From Patescibacteria group bacterium (GTDB taxonomy: Bacteria > Patescibacteriota > Minisyncoccia > Phycocordibacterales > CSBR16-119), in contig JBPOJJ010000002.1 of assembly GCA_052033715.1 (NCBI GenBank), forward strand, positions 1,676-65,675: a DNA stretch of 64,000 nt, given 5' to 3'. Position numbers and translations under genes: made by a program. Positions 30,717 through 39,523 of this stretch are shown piece after piece (the first letter of the stretch is position 1; each line of letters opens with the position of its first letter). The notes below the pieces were generated by a model. The model was not told the DNA's origin. It saw only the letters and a list, made by a program, of their open reading frames with translations, and ran no database searches.

Positions 30717-31193
30717 TTAGAAATTGTCAGCGTAGACGAGAGCCTGATCAATCTTGGTATATGAGAAGATTTCATCCTCGGAGAAGAATCTGGCAACTTC
30801 TTTTGCACCGTTTTCCACAGAATCAGATGCGTGAACGACGTTTGATTGGATAGACATGGCCAAATCACCCCTTATTGTTCCCGCTGGGGCTTCGTAGGCC
30901 TTGGTTGGACCAACAATAATGCGTACTGCGTCCACTGCGCCAATACCCGAAAGCGCCATCACGACGACTGGAGAAGATTTCATAAATGATTTGATACCAG
31001 CAAAGAAAGGTTTATCTTTGATGTGGGAGTAGTGATCCTCGAGCAAAACGTCTTCGAGAGTAAGCATCTTTAGGCCATTGATTTTTAAGCCCTTCTTCTC
31101 GAATCGGCCAATAATCTCGCCAACCAAATTTCTCTGGATGGCGTCAGGCTTCATAATGATAAGGACTTTTTCGTTTTTCGGATGAGTGTTCAT
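30717..31193 (-). CDS. ndk: nucleoside diphosphate kinase
   Basis: MKPDA, GTIRGD, NVVHASDS; start moved to ATG 31193. Confidence 0.95.
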   Translation of the reverse strand: MNTHPKNEKVLIIMKPDAIQRNLVGEIIGRFEKKGLKINGLKMLTLEDVLLEDHYSHIKDKPFFAGIKSFMKSSPVVVMALSGIGAVDAVRIIVGPTKAYEAPAGTIRGDLAMSIQSNVVHASDSVENGAKEVARFFSEDEIFSYTKIDQALVYADNF

Positions 31194-31280
31194 ATTTCCT
31201 AGTGAGGAGCATTTGCGAGCTTGCTCGCAAAATCTCCGAACGACGGAAATATACGAGACGAGCGGAGCGAGGGCTCTTAT
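31192..31280. repeat. REP-like palindromes just upstream of ndk
   Basis: atatttcc/ggaaatat outer stem around tttgcgagc-tt-gctcgcaaa; gagcggagcgag motif. Confidence 0.55.
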
Positions 31281-31332
31281 ATTATTCTTAAATTTTAATA
31301 AGCGTAGTTTAGCAGACTTCCGTTCCCCCTTC

Positions 31333-31490
31333 AAGCGGAGCAAAACATGCCAGAAAAAGTTTTCAAACGCACCCGCAGTCCTGACGCCAAAGCGGAAGGA
31401 CGTGAGGGGGCGCACCTCTATTTCGACGGGTGTTACTTAGGAGGAATAGGCGCGCTTTTTGAAAACTTTTTCTGGCATGTTTTGCGGAGC
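31333..31490. repeat. structured element copy A (27-bp terminal inverted repeat, conserved core)
   Basis: 31341-31367 is a perfect inverted repeat of 31458-31484; core shared with 37959-38110. Confidence 0.8.
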
Positions 31491-34225
31491 TATATTTTCA
31501 TGAACTTATCCATCACTTCCTTCTCCACTTCATCTCTCGGCCTGCCGAATTTAAGGAATGACAATTCTTTGAGCGAGTCAACGATTTCCGGATTACCTGG
31601 TGGCAAGTCTTGAGTTCGAATGTTAAATGGTTTGACTGGTACACCATCAACAAGCATCGAAATGTAGGCGTTTCGATTATCGAGCTTCAATATGTCTTGG
31701 ACCGTAAACGTCGGTTCGAGACGTTTGACCAAAACCTCGGCATCTTCGGAGCTGATGCGAAAAATTCCCATTGAACCGACGTTTCCGAGAACCGCGTTTC
31801 TAATGTCATCAGAGAGCTGTGACAAGTATTGATGTGCAACATTAAGTGAGAGTTTGTATTTGCGAGCTTCGGAGAGGATTGATGAAATTGAGGGTGTGGT
31901 GAAGTTCTGGAACTCGTCAATATAGAGATAAAACGGTGGCAAACTTCCGGCTCCGTCAGCACGCGACAGTGCGGCCATCTGGATTTTGCCGACAAGTATG
32001 AGACCGAGTAGGTTCGCATTGATATCACCGAGCCTTCCCTTTGACAGGTTCACCAAGAGAATTTTCTTATTATCAATAATCTCGCGGAAATTGAAACTCG
32101 ATTTCTCCTGCGCAATAATCGGACGCATGATTTCGTTTGAGATAAACGTGTCGAATTTGGACGTGATGTATGGCACAAAGTTCTCAAGACCCTGCTCACC
32201 CGTCGTCGCCTCAGCCGTTTTCCAAAACTGGGTGATGATTGGGTTCGTACAATGAGACAATTTCATATCGCGGAATTTCTTGTCCGAAAGCACGCGACCA
32301 ATTTCAAGCACGGTGTTTCCTGATTCTGGATGGGCCATAACCAATCCAGCGGAATTTTTAAAATATTGTTCGAATAGCGGTCCGCCGGCCGTCTTCATGT
32401 CAAAGAGCTGATTAAAAATGCCTAGCAGTTCGTTAATAACGAGAGTTTTCTGTTCTGGACGCTCTGGGTCAAACTCAAGCATATTGAGCGCCATCGGCCG
32501 AGAGGTCGAAGCTGGATCAAAGTAGATAACGTCATCAATTCGATGTTTTGGAATATAAGAGAGAATTTTCTGAATATCAGTTCCGTGCGGATCGATATAA
32601 CAAACCCCATCACCTCGCTCAATATCCTGACGAATCATATTCATGAGAATTCCCGTCTTACCCGTTCCTGTTTGACCGATAACGTAAAAATGTCGCATAC
32701 GATCAATTTCTTTCAAGAACACGTCGGTATCTACACCACGATAAGAGTTGATACCAATCTGAATACCGTCAGTCCCCATATTGATAGGCACTGCCCCTAC
32801 ACCGGCTTTGGACTCACGAAGTTCTGGTGAGCCAGTCGTACCAACTGGGAAATGCACAAGCGTAGAAAGCTCTTTGAAATTTAGCGGCATAGCGTCGCGC
32901 TCGTTTGGCATACGGAAAGAAAATGCATGAAAAAATTGCGTCGTGTCTTTTTCTTGGACCTTGTGAAATCGAACACTGTTAGAGTTCGCCTTGGTAAATT
33001 GGGAAAAAGACGACTCAATGTTCGATATTATCTCGGCGGTACGGCCAGCGGATGGCGATGACGCAATGATGCGAATGTTTGCCAAGACGATGGTTGATTT
33101 GATTTTTTCAGAAATATTTTCGACGGCTCGATCATCGACGTCTTTGCCCTCATCGGACTTTTCCCTCTCCGCGACTTTCTGACTTTTGAAAAGTGATGTA
33201 CCGAAATTCTTGAACTCTTGTTTTATATCGTGAAAATCATCAAGCGCGTGTTTCAATTTTTCTCCATGTTTTACTTTGTCCAAGATTTTGGAGAATTTTT
33301 TGATATACGTGTCGCCAGCCGGCATAATGACGAACTGTAAAGCGGCTCCTTCGGTTGTCTTGTCGAGCTTGGAAAAGGCGTTCAAAATCGCCCCCATTGG
33401 ATCGTGGTCAAATTCGTCGTGAGTCTTGAGCGGAAAGACATCATGATCAGAAAGTGTGGCATAAGCACCCGAGGTTACGCCCTTGTCGATAAAAATATTG
33501 TAGTCGTTGGTGACTTCGGTCACACGAGCGTTTTTATAAAAAGAAAGAATTTGTTTTTCTAGCAAGCTCTTGCGATCCTTTGGAATTGAAACGTAGAGGA
33601 TTATTTCCGGTGAATCATGTGAGACAGAAATTTCAATAGTGAAATATTGCTTGAAACGATTTTGCTCACCTGACGCAATCGTCTGCATGCCGGCCAAAAA
33701 CTGCTCCATGGCCGTGAGGAAATCTTTAAAACTTTTACTCTCACCTTCGAGTGGCGGAAGCGTCACTTCGAAAAGAGCGAGGTTCAATGACTTCCATTCC
33801 GGCGTAGTTTCTTTGAGACCCGGAATATTGCCAGAGGTGTGCAAGAACTGAACAAGAAATCGGTGAAAATCATCCTCGACGTGAGGATTTTTCAAGCGCG
33901 ACACAATTTCCATGGTGTTTTTGATTCCGTGTTCGAGCAACATTCCATACAACTCCTCGATCTGGCTATCGTGCTCTTCGGGCTTGAGCGCGAGAGCTAC
34001 CGCTTCGGTTTGGGTATCTTCCATGCGGAAATTATCGTGCAAGACTTCGGCCGAGTCAGCTTTCTTGTACGCAGACAATGTCTCATGTGTCGCCTCTTCG
34101 CGAGACTTCTCGATATTTTGGCTAGCCAGAGATTGCTCATGCTTGGCGACTTGTTCTCTCAAATACGAAAGCTCCTCTTCGGGAGTTTTAAACTTCGGAG
34201 CTTCTCTCGAACCACCAAATTCCAT
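31490..34225 (-). CDS. VirB4/TraG/HerA-like P-loop ATPase (type IV secretion coupling-protein-like)
   Basis: RHFYVIGQTGTGKT, IDPHG, LYIDEFQNF, SEARKY, AHQY. Confidence 0.85.
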   Translation of the reverse strand: MEFGGSREAPKFKTPEEELSYLREQVAKHEQSLASQNIEKSREEATHETLSAYKKADSAEVLHDNFRMEDTQTEAVALALKPEEHDSQIEELYGMLLEHGIKNTMEIVSRLKNPHVEDDFHRFLVQFLHTSGNIPGLKETTPEWKSLNLALFEVTLPPLEGESKSFKDFLTAMEQFLAGMQTIASGEQNRFKQYFTIEISVSHDSPEIILYVSIPKDRKSLLEKQILSFYKNARVTEVTNDYNIFIDKGVTSGAYATLSDHDVFPLKTHDEFDHDPMGAILNAFSKLDKTTEGAALQFVIMPAGDTYIKKFSKILDKVKHGEKLKHALDDFHDIKQEFKNFGTSLFKSQKVAEREKSDEGKDVDDRAVENISEKIKSTIVLANIRIIASSPSAGRTAEIISNIESSFSQFTKANSNSVRFHKVQEKDTTQFFHAFSFRMPNERDAMPLNFKELSTLVHFPVGTTGSPELRESKAGVGAVPINMGTDGIQIGINSYRGVDTDVFLKEIDRMRHFYVIGQTGTGKTGILMNMIRQDIERGDGVCYIDPHGTDIQKILSYIPKHRIDDVIYFDPASTSRPMALNMLEFDPERPEQKTLVINELLGIFNQLFDMKTAGGPLFEQYFKNSAGLVMAHPESGNTVLEIGRVLSDKKFRDMKLSHCTNPIITQFWKTAEATTGEQGLENFVPYITSKFDTFISNEIMRPIIAQEKSSFNFREIIDNKKILLVNLSKGRLGDINANLLGLILVGKIQMAALSRADGAGSLPPFYLYIDEFQNFTTPSISSILSEARKYKLSLNVAHQYLSQLSDDIRNAVLGNVGSMGIFRISSEDAEVLVKRLEPTFTVQDILKLDNRNAYISMLVDGVPVKPFNIRTQDLPPGNPEIVDSLKELSFLKFGRPRDEVEKEVMDKFMKI

Positions 34226-34270
34226 AACAATATTGTATCATGCACCGAAAAAAGTATCTGTAGAAATGAA

Positions 34271-34297
34271 AGCGCCCCCGCTGTTGGCGGGGGCACT
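34271..34297 (-). terminator. terminator of the pyrD-pyrC cassette
   Basis: gcccccgc/gcgggggc stem followed by tttc on the minus strand. Confidence 0.75.
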
Positions 34298-34314
34298 CAT
34301 CTGCAAAGGGTTCT

Positions 34315-35487
34315 TCAGTCCATTCGATGGGCTGGATCTTCAACATCTTCTGGAATGAGGAGTTCGGGCCTCAAAGCCTCCGGGATGGTGGGCTTCCAAG
34401 ACAGCCTGCTACCTGCCATGAGCGGTGTGATGCCACCATAAGATGGTGGAATTTCCCAACCTTCTTCGCCCGCGTATTCAAGCTCGAACGTGTCATCGTT
34501 CGGCTCCATTCCGTAGATACGTGCACCGTTCGTGACAGTGAAAGCTTCGAATGCTGGATGGTCAAGCCTCATCATCTGGTCGAAAATATAGACCATCAAT
34601 GGCCCCATCACTGGCGAACTGAAAACGCCAGGGCATCCGCAACTGCAGAGCTTTGTCGGATCGAGGTGTGGCGCCGAATCGGGTCCAAGATGGAGCTTGT
34701 TGTATCCTAGTTCATCGGCACGAAGCACCGCTGTAAGCAATGCTTGTTGATCAACGAATGTCTGCACCGGTGGACGACAGTGATGAAATGGGTTGATGCC
34801 AGGATTTCCACCAGCGACCGGCCACTCCAAGACATCGTTACGTGTCATCCAAAGATGCTGCGGGGTAATGCCGCCTGTAATGCACTCCGGCATCTTCAAG
34901 ACCATTTCTAGTGTGCTCGCGGTAGAAATGTGCTCGATGTTGAAACGCACGCCCGGGAATTTCTCAACAAGTCCCAAGAATGCCTCTTCCATGAACACGC
35001 CTTCGCGTGCGTATGTATCGATCTTCTCGCCCGGCTGTTCGCCGTGCAAACAGATGATGAGCTCGCGAGATGCTGCTTTTTCGATCGCAGAGTACATTTC
35101 TTGGAATGAATTCCAAGCACTTCCCTTTTCGTTCGAATTGGTCACACCCTCGGGATAGATCTTGACCGAGCGACCACCGAGGCTTTGAAACGCGGCAAGC
35201 TCTAGTAGATGAGTGTCTTTCACCAGCTTCATCGCAACACTATGCCTCATCTGTGGTGCCCTTCTGTGAAGTTCGCGCCGGTAATTCTGGGAATCAGTCG
35301 CACTGAGAATTGGCGGAGCCGTATTCGGCATCCACACCTCGTGTTGCGCCCACCAAGCAGTGGTCGTTACGGCGGTATGGAAGCGTGGTACAGGCTTTTC
35401 GTTGCCAATCACGTTGCGAGCGTGCCCGTGGGTCTGGAAGAACTTACGGAATTTTCGGCGTTCGCCGATTTGCGGTCGTGTGTTCAT
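34315..35487 (-). CDS. pyrC: dihydroorotase (E. coli-type, divergent)
   Basis: HGHAR, MPNT.PP, KIYP.GVTNS, LHGE, EHIST, TPQHL, DSAPH; ATGA overlap with the pyrD stop. Confidence 0.85.
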   Translation of the reverse strand: MNTRPQIGERRKFRKFFQTHGHARNVIGNEKPVPRFHTAVTTTAWWAQHEVWMPNTAPPILSATDSQNYRRELHRRAPQMRHSVAMKLVKDTHLLELAAFQSLGGRSVKIYPEGVTNSNEKGSAWNSFQEMYSAIEKAASRELIICLHGEQPGEKIDTYAREGVFMEEAFLGLVEKFPGVRFNIEHISTASTLEMVLKMPECITGGITPQHLWMTRNDVLEWPVAGGNPGINPFHHCRPPVQTFVDQQALLTAVLRADELGYNKLHLGPDSAPHLDPTKLCSCGCPGVFSSPVMGPLMVYIFDQMMRLDHPAFEAFTVTNGARIYGMEPNDDTFELEYAGEEGWEIPPSYGGITPLMAGSRLSWKPTIPEALRPELLIPEDVEDPAHRMD

Positions 35488-36446
35488 GCGAAGTTTGGGT
35501 GTTGGTTGATGGTTTTGATGAGTTCTTTCATGCGCCATGGACGCGTGATAGCAGCGGTACCGAGTGAAATGCCTTTGACGCATTTCAATTCAGCAAGCTG
35601 TTCAATATCCTGGACGGATGTAACTCCGCCCCCGGCAATGATCGGCTTTTTGAAGCCGCTATACTCAGCATGTTGAAGCCACTGCAGTGTCGTTCCGAAG
35701 ATTGGTTGTCCTGACAGCCCGCCGCCGCCATACTTTTTGAGAGGCGAGCCGTTTGGGAAATAGGTATGTACACCAGCTTCGGAAATGGCGCCGAATGGAA
35801 GAGTGTTGAAGCAAACAAGTCCAGCGCAAGCCGGATGTTCTTCGATCGCCTTGGCATCTTCAACGGACGTAAGCTGGTTGATCTTGACCAAGATCGGAAC
35901 ATCCAGGCTCGCAAGAACATCCAGAAGCGGCTTCGCAGCTTTTGCGGTCTTCGCTGTATCATGACCAGTATTAGGACAAGACACGTTCAGCTGTACCGCG
36001 AATTTCGTCATAAACCTGGTCTTGTTGACCAGATCTACGAATCCTCGCGCCTGAAATTCCTGCGCAATGGGATCGTCGCCGATCGCCATGAACGAGAGCA
36101 TGAACGGATCACGTCTACGCTGCCAGTGACCTTGTGCAATTAGGTGCGCAACTCCAGGTCCGCTAAGTCCAACCGAGTTCAGAACAAGGTTGTTAACGAA
36201 ATCGACGTGGACCGAATCCGGAAACATCTTCTTCAGGCCGATTTGATTCTCGGTCAATTCAGTATTCCCCTTGTTAGGATTGAATGTCGTCGTCTTGGCA
36301 CAGAACGTCATACCATCGAATGTAAATCCAGGCATGAGTTTGTAGAACGGATGATGGCGGTACTCGGTACCAGCATCACCCCCGAAGAAGCCTTGAACGC
36401 CAGAGGCGCCCACGGCAGGACTGAAGTGGATTCCTCCGATATTCAT
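35484..36446 (-). CDS. pyrD: dihydroorotate dehydrogenase (divergent, no membrane anchor)
   Basis: KTTT, NSVGLSGPG, LNVSCPN, FNT, GGLSG, IIAGGGV. Confidence 0.8.
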   Translation of the reverse strand: MNIGGIHFSPAVGASGVQGFFGGDAGTEYRHHPFYKLMPGFTFDGMTFCAKTTTFNPNKGNTELTENQIGLKKMFPDSVHVDFVNNLVLNSVGLSGPGVAHLIAQGHWQRRRDPFMLSFMAIGDDPIAQEFQARGFVDLVNKTRFMTKFAVQLNVSCPNTGHDTAKTAKAAKPLLDVLASLDVPILVKINQLTSVEDAKAIEEHPACAGLVCFNTLPFGAISEAGVHTYFPNGSPLKKYGGGGLSGQPIFGTTLQWLQHAEYSGFKKPIIAGGGVTSVQDIEQLAELKCVKGISLGTAAITRPWRMKELIKTINQHPNFA

Positions 36447-36517
36447 GGTAGGTGGTTGTGTTTAGTTGTTGTAGGATTGAATCCTTTGCAGATTGTAAAA
36501 GGACTCGTGTCGAGTGG

Positions 36518-36546
36518 AGTATATAGGTTTAGATCAGTTTTTGCAA
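36518..36546 (-). promoter_or_regulatory. promoter of the pyrD-pyrC cassette
   Basis: TTGCAA-N17-TATACT. Confidence 0.65.
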
Positions 36547-36550
36547 AAGA

Positions 36551-37315
36551 CTATTTTGTGAGCACAATTGGCCCTTTTTCGGTGATGGCGACGGTGTGCT
36601 CGAAGTGTGCCGAGAGTTTGCCGTCTTTAGTTATGAACGTGTATTCGTCTTCGGTGACGTAGACATCGCCGGTACCGAGATTGATCATCGGCTCGATAGC
36701 GATAACCATGCCCGGAACAAGTCGCTCGCCCGTGTTGGCTCGGCCGAAGTTTGGAATATATGGATCTTCGTGGACACTGTAACCAACACCGTGACCCGAG
36801 AGGATTTTAACAATTCCGTAACCCATTGGCTTGATATAACTTTCAACCGCGTGACCAATGTCACCGACACGATTCCCGGGCTTCGCGGCCGCGACCGCGA
36901 GCTCAAGAGCTTTCTTTGTAACCTTGATCAATTCTTTGGCTTCTTTGGAAATCTTCCCGACCGGTACAGTAATAGCGCCGTCAGTGATGAGACCCTTGTG
37001 CACGAGACCGAGATCAAGCGACACGATGTCGCCGTCTTTTAGAAAAACCTTTTTGTTCGGGATGCCGTGAACGATTTCATCATTGATCGAGACGCATAGA
37101 GTCGCTGGATATGGATATGAAATTCCTTCGGGTGTGTAGTTTAGAAATGCTGGTTTATCTCCGCCCTCTTTTACAAGTTTGAATGCCAGATCATCCAGGG
37201 CTTTGGTCGAGACTCCCGACTTCGCTTCGGCTGCGACCAATTTCAAAATCTCGGCGTGGCGCTTGCCGCCTTCTCGCATGATTTTTATTTCTTCTTTTGA
37301 TTTGAGTTTGATCAT
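36551..37315 (-). CDS. map: methionine aminopeptidase type I
   Basis: CVSINDEIVHGIP, DLG, GHGVG..VHE.P, IEPM, AHFEHT. Confidence 0.96.
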   Translation of the reverse strand: MIKLKSKEEIKIMREGGKRHAEILKLVAAEAKSGVSTKALDDLAFKLVKEGGDKPAFLNYTPEGISYPYPATLCVSINDEIVHGIPNKKVFLKDGDIVSLDLGLVHKGLITDGAITVPVGKISKEAKELIKVTKKALELAVAAAKPGNRVGDIGHAVESYIKPMGYGIVKILSGHGVGYSVHEDPYIPNFGRANTGERLVPGMVIAIEPMINLGTGDVYVTEDEYTFITKDGKLSAHFEHTVAITEKGPIVLTK

Positions 37316-37902
37316 GAGACAGATTCAACTTTTGAAATGAGATCCGCGTATACTTCTTCGATACTGCGCTCGCCATCTATTTCGAAGAAGTTGTAATCTT
37401 TGTTGTCATAGAAATACGAAATAGCTGGAACAACATTCCATTCAAACCACGACAAACGGCTTTTGATGTATTCGTCAGAATCATCTCCACGTCCACGAGC
37501 CTTGAGTCGAGCAAAACACCATTCGTCGCTCGTTTTGATATAGATGACCGTTGGCTTCTCTATTTTGTAGAACTTCATTGCGGAATCAAGCACGGGCGCT
37601 TCATCCGGACGTCGGCAGAGACCGTCGAGAATGAGGTCGCGCTTGCCATCAAACTTGTTCACCAAATCCATCGTCCAGAGCCAGATCGGCAGAAACACTG
37701 GCATAAGGCCACCTTTAGAAAGCACTTCTTTGGTCATCTGGGCAGAATAGTTGGATTGGTCGATAAAATTACGGAATTTCTGTCCGGTTTCAATGTAAAT
37801 TGGCTCAATACCCTTTTTGTCTTCTAGGTACTTTTTCAGCATGTCAGCCTGGGTTCCCTTGCCTGAGCCAGAACGACCGAAGAATATAAATGTTTGTTGC
37901 AT
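37312..37902 (-). CDS. adk: adenylate kinase family nucleoside monophosphate kinase
   Basis: GRSGSGKGTQA P-loop, ILDG, RGRGDD. Confidence 0.8.
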   Translation of the reverse strand: MQQTFIFFGRSGSGKGTQADMLKKYLEDKKGIEPIYIETGQKFRNFIDQSNYSAQMTKEVLSKGGLMPVFLPIWLWTMDLVNKFDGKRDLILDGLCRRPDEAPVLDSAMKFYKIEKPTVIYIKTSDEWCFARLKARGRGDDSDEYIKSRLSWFEWNVVPAISYFYDNKDYNFFEIDGERSIEEVYADLISKVESVS

Positions 37903-37958
37903 AGGGAAAGTATACCAGAATTAAGAAGTAAGTATTAGGAAGTAAGAAAGACGCCTGT

Positions 37959-38110
37959 AAGCGGAGTAAAAACAAAAAATTTCGTATCTGCGAACCAACC
38001 CGGAGCCCGAAGAGGCGTGAGGGGGCGGGCCTCTAATTTCTCCGCGTGCCACTTAGGAGAAATTGGCCCGCATCTCGCAAAGACACGAAATTTTTTGTTT
38101 TTATGGAGCG
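37959..38110. repeat. structured element copy B
   Basis: 19-bp perfect inverted repeat 37967-37985/38085-38103; core shared with copy A. Confidence 0.8.
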
Positions 38111-38115
38111 CCTTG

Positions 38116-38313
38116 TTACTCGGCTACGAATGGTAGAAGTCCCATGATGCGAGCGCGTTTGACGGCGGTCGACAGGTGTTTCTGGTTCTTGGTTGAGAGC
38201 TTGGTCTTTTTCTTTGGCATCAAGCGGGCGCTTGAATCAAGAAATTGCTTCAAGATCGCAGTGTCTTTGTAGTCGATATACTTTATGTTGTTTGAAGAAA
38301 AATAATCTTGCAT
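38116..38313 (-). CDS. rpsR: 30S ribosomal protein S18
   Basis: IDYKD...L..F, AVKRAR.MGLLPF; rpsF-ssb-rpsR gene order. Confidence 0.95.
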   Translation of the reverse strand: MQDYFSSNNIKYIDYKDTAILKQFLDSSARLMPKKKTKLSTKNQKHLSTAVKRARIMGLLPFVAE

Positions 38314-38339
38314 GTTTTTGTTAATAATTTTAGTAAGTT

Positions 38340-38801
38340 TTAGAACGGGATGTCGTCTGGATTTATATCGTCTTCTGGATACTCTATCGTCTCAAGTTCA
38401 GGAGCCTTCATTTCTGGTGCGTCTCCTCCGTTGTTGCTTGCTGCTGCCTGACCGCCGCCATAGTTTCCTCCTCCGGATGATCTAGGGCCAAACTGAATCG
38501 TGTCAGCAATAATTTCTGTTCGATACTTCTTGCCACCATCGGCATCCCACGAACGAGTCTGCATTCGGCCTTCAACCATGATTGAAGATCCTTTTTTCAT
38601 GTACTGCTGAACGATCTCGGCTTGGCGTCCGAAGACGACAATGTTGTGGAATTCTGTTGATTCTTTCTTCGCGCCATCCTTGTCTTTCCATGTACGGTTC
38701 GTGGCAACGCTAAAGTTGCAAACCTTAATACCTGACGGTAGAGCTTTCATCTCCGGATCTCGAGTTAAATTCCCGATGATCATAGCTTTGTTTAGATACA
38801 T
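38340..38801 (-). CDS. ssb: single-stranded DNA-binding protein
   Basis: NKAMIIGNLTRDPE, VEGRMQTR, C-terminal DDIPF. Confidence 0.97.
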   Translation of the reverse strand: MYLNKAMIIGNLTRDPEMKALPSGIKVCNFSVATNRTWKDKDGAKKESTEFHNIVVFGRQAEIVQQYMKKGSSIMVEGRMQTRSWDADGGKKYRTEIIADTIQFGPRSSGGGNYGGGQAAASNNGGDAPEMKAPELETIEYPEDDINPDDIPF

Positions 38802-38845
38802 GTGATTTAGAAGTTAGATGATAATACTCGTCTTATTGTAAGAGA

Positions 38846-39337
38846 CTATTTAACTTCTGGCAATGTCTCACCCGCGGTGTCAATTTCGATCATCTCGTCT
38901 ATTTTCTTATCGACTTCGGCTGTGTCCATAGGCGCTCCCTCGACGACATCAGACGGTGTTCGGCGAGCCATGCCCTTGTGAGCAAGCTTTGGCACAGCCA
39001 AAGTGCTTTCGCGAACAGTTTTGACAATAATGAATCGCAAGACGTTCGGGTTTTTATCCATGAGCTCTTTGAAGCCTTCGATGAGAGATGCTTCTATTTC
39101 AAATTTGATCCAACCAAAATATGCTGTGCCGAATTTTCGATTCTTGTTTTCAATGTCCTTACCAAGTTCATAGGCCAGAGTCGTCATGGCTGGATGAGCT
39201 TCGGCAATGATTTCGGCGTCTATCTTTGACAATTCTCCCTTAAGCGCAGTCACGACTTTGGAAACTTCGTCTTCAGACAAAGTTGGCAAAATGTGATATC
39301 CAAGCTCGTAGATTTGTTTTTTTGATGTTTCTTCCAT
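38846..39337 (-). CDS. rpsF: 30S ribosomal protein S6
   Basis: YE...I.P.L, LAY, VLRF.IVK; start at ATG 39337; operon context. Confidence 0.85.
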   Translation of the reverse strand: MEETSKKQIYELGYHILPTLSEDEVSKVVTALKGELSKIDAEIIAEAHPAMTTLAYELGKDIENKNRKFGTAYFGWIKFEIEASLIEGFKELMDKNPNVLRFIIVKTVRESTLAVPKLAHKGMARRTPSDVVEGAPMDTAEVDKKIDEMIEIDTAGETLPEVK

Positions 39338-39374
39338 GTTTTTTCGATTATTTATAATTTGTAAATCATTTTTA

Positions 39375-39495
39375 CCCCACTTCGCCAAGGCTTCGCGGGG
39401 CTTTTGCCCGGATTTGGGCAAAAGAAAAACGCATCGTTATCGGACCAAGCGACGCCCCATGTTTTCAGAGGAGTCGAACGAAACGCTTGGGCAAT
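39375..39495 (-). promoter_or_regulatory. structured rpsF leader (candidate attenuator) with REP-like hairpin
   Basis: ccaagcg/cgcttgg stem, ttttgccc/gggcaaaa hairpin, cccc-acttcgccaaggcttcgc-gggg. Confidence 0.45.
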
Positions 39496-39523
39496 AATAG
39501 CACAGGGCCCTAAAAAGTAAAGC

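Noticed and set aside
31194-31613. N-terminal extension of ndk and ORFs 31186-31440 and 31347-31613
   Set aside because: They are translations of the palindromic elements; Ndk homology starts at 31193.
33839-36662. Long plus-strand ORFs antisense to the ATPase and pyr genes (also 55134-55727 and 59571-60170)
   Set aside because: Shadow ORFs of well-supported genes on the opposite strand.
37915-37950. AAGTAAG-like short repeats
   Set aside because: Too short and degenerate to distinguish from low-complexity sequence.
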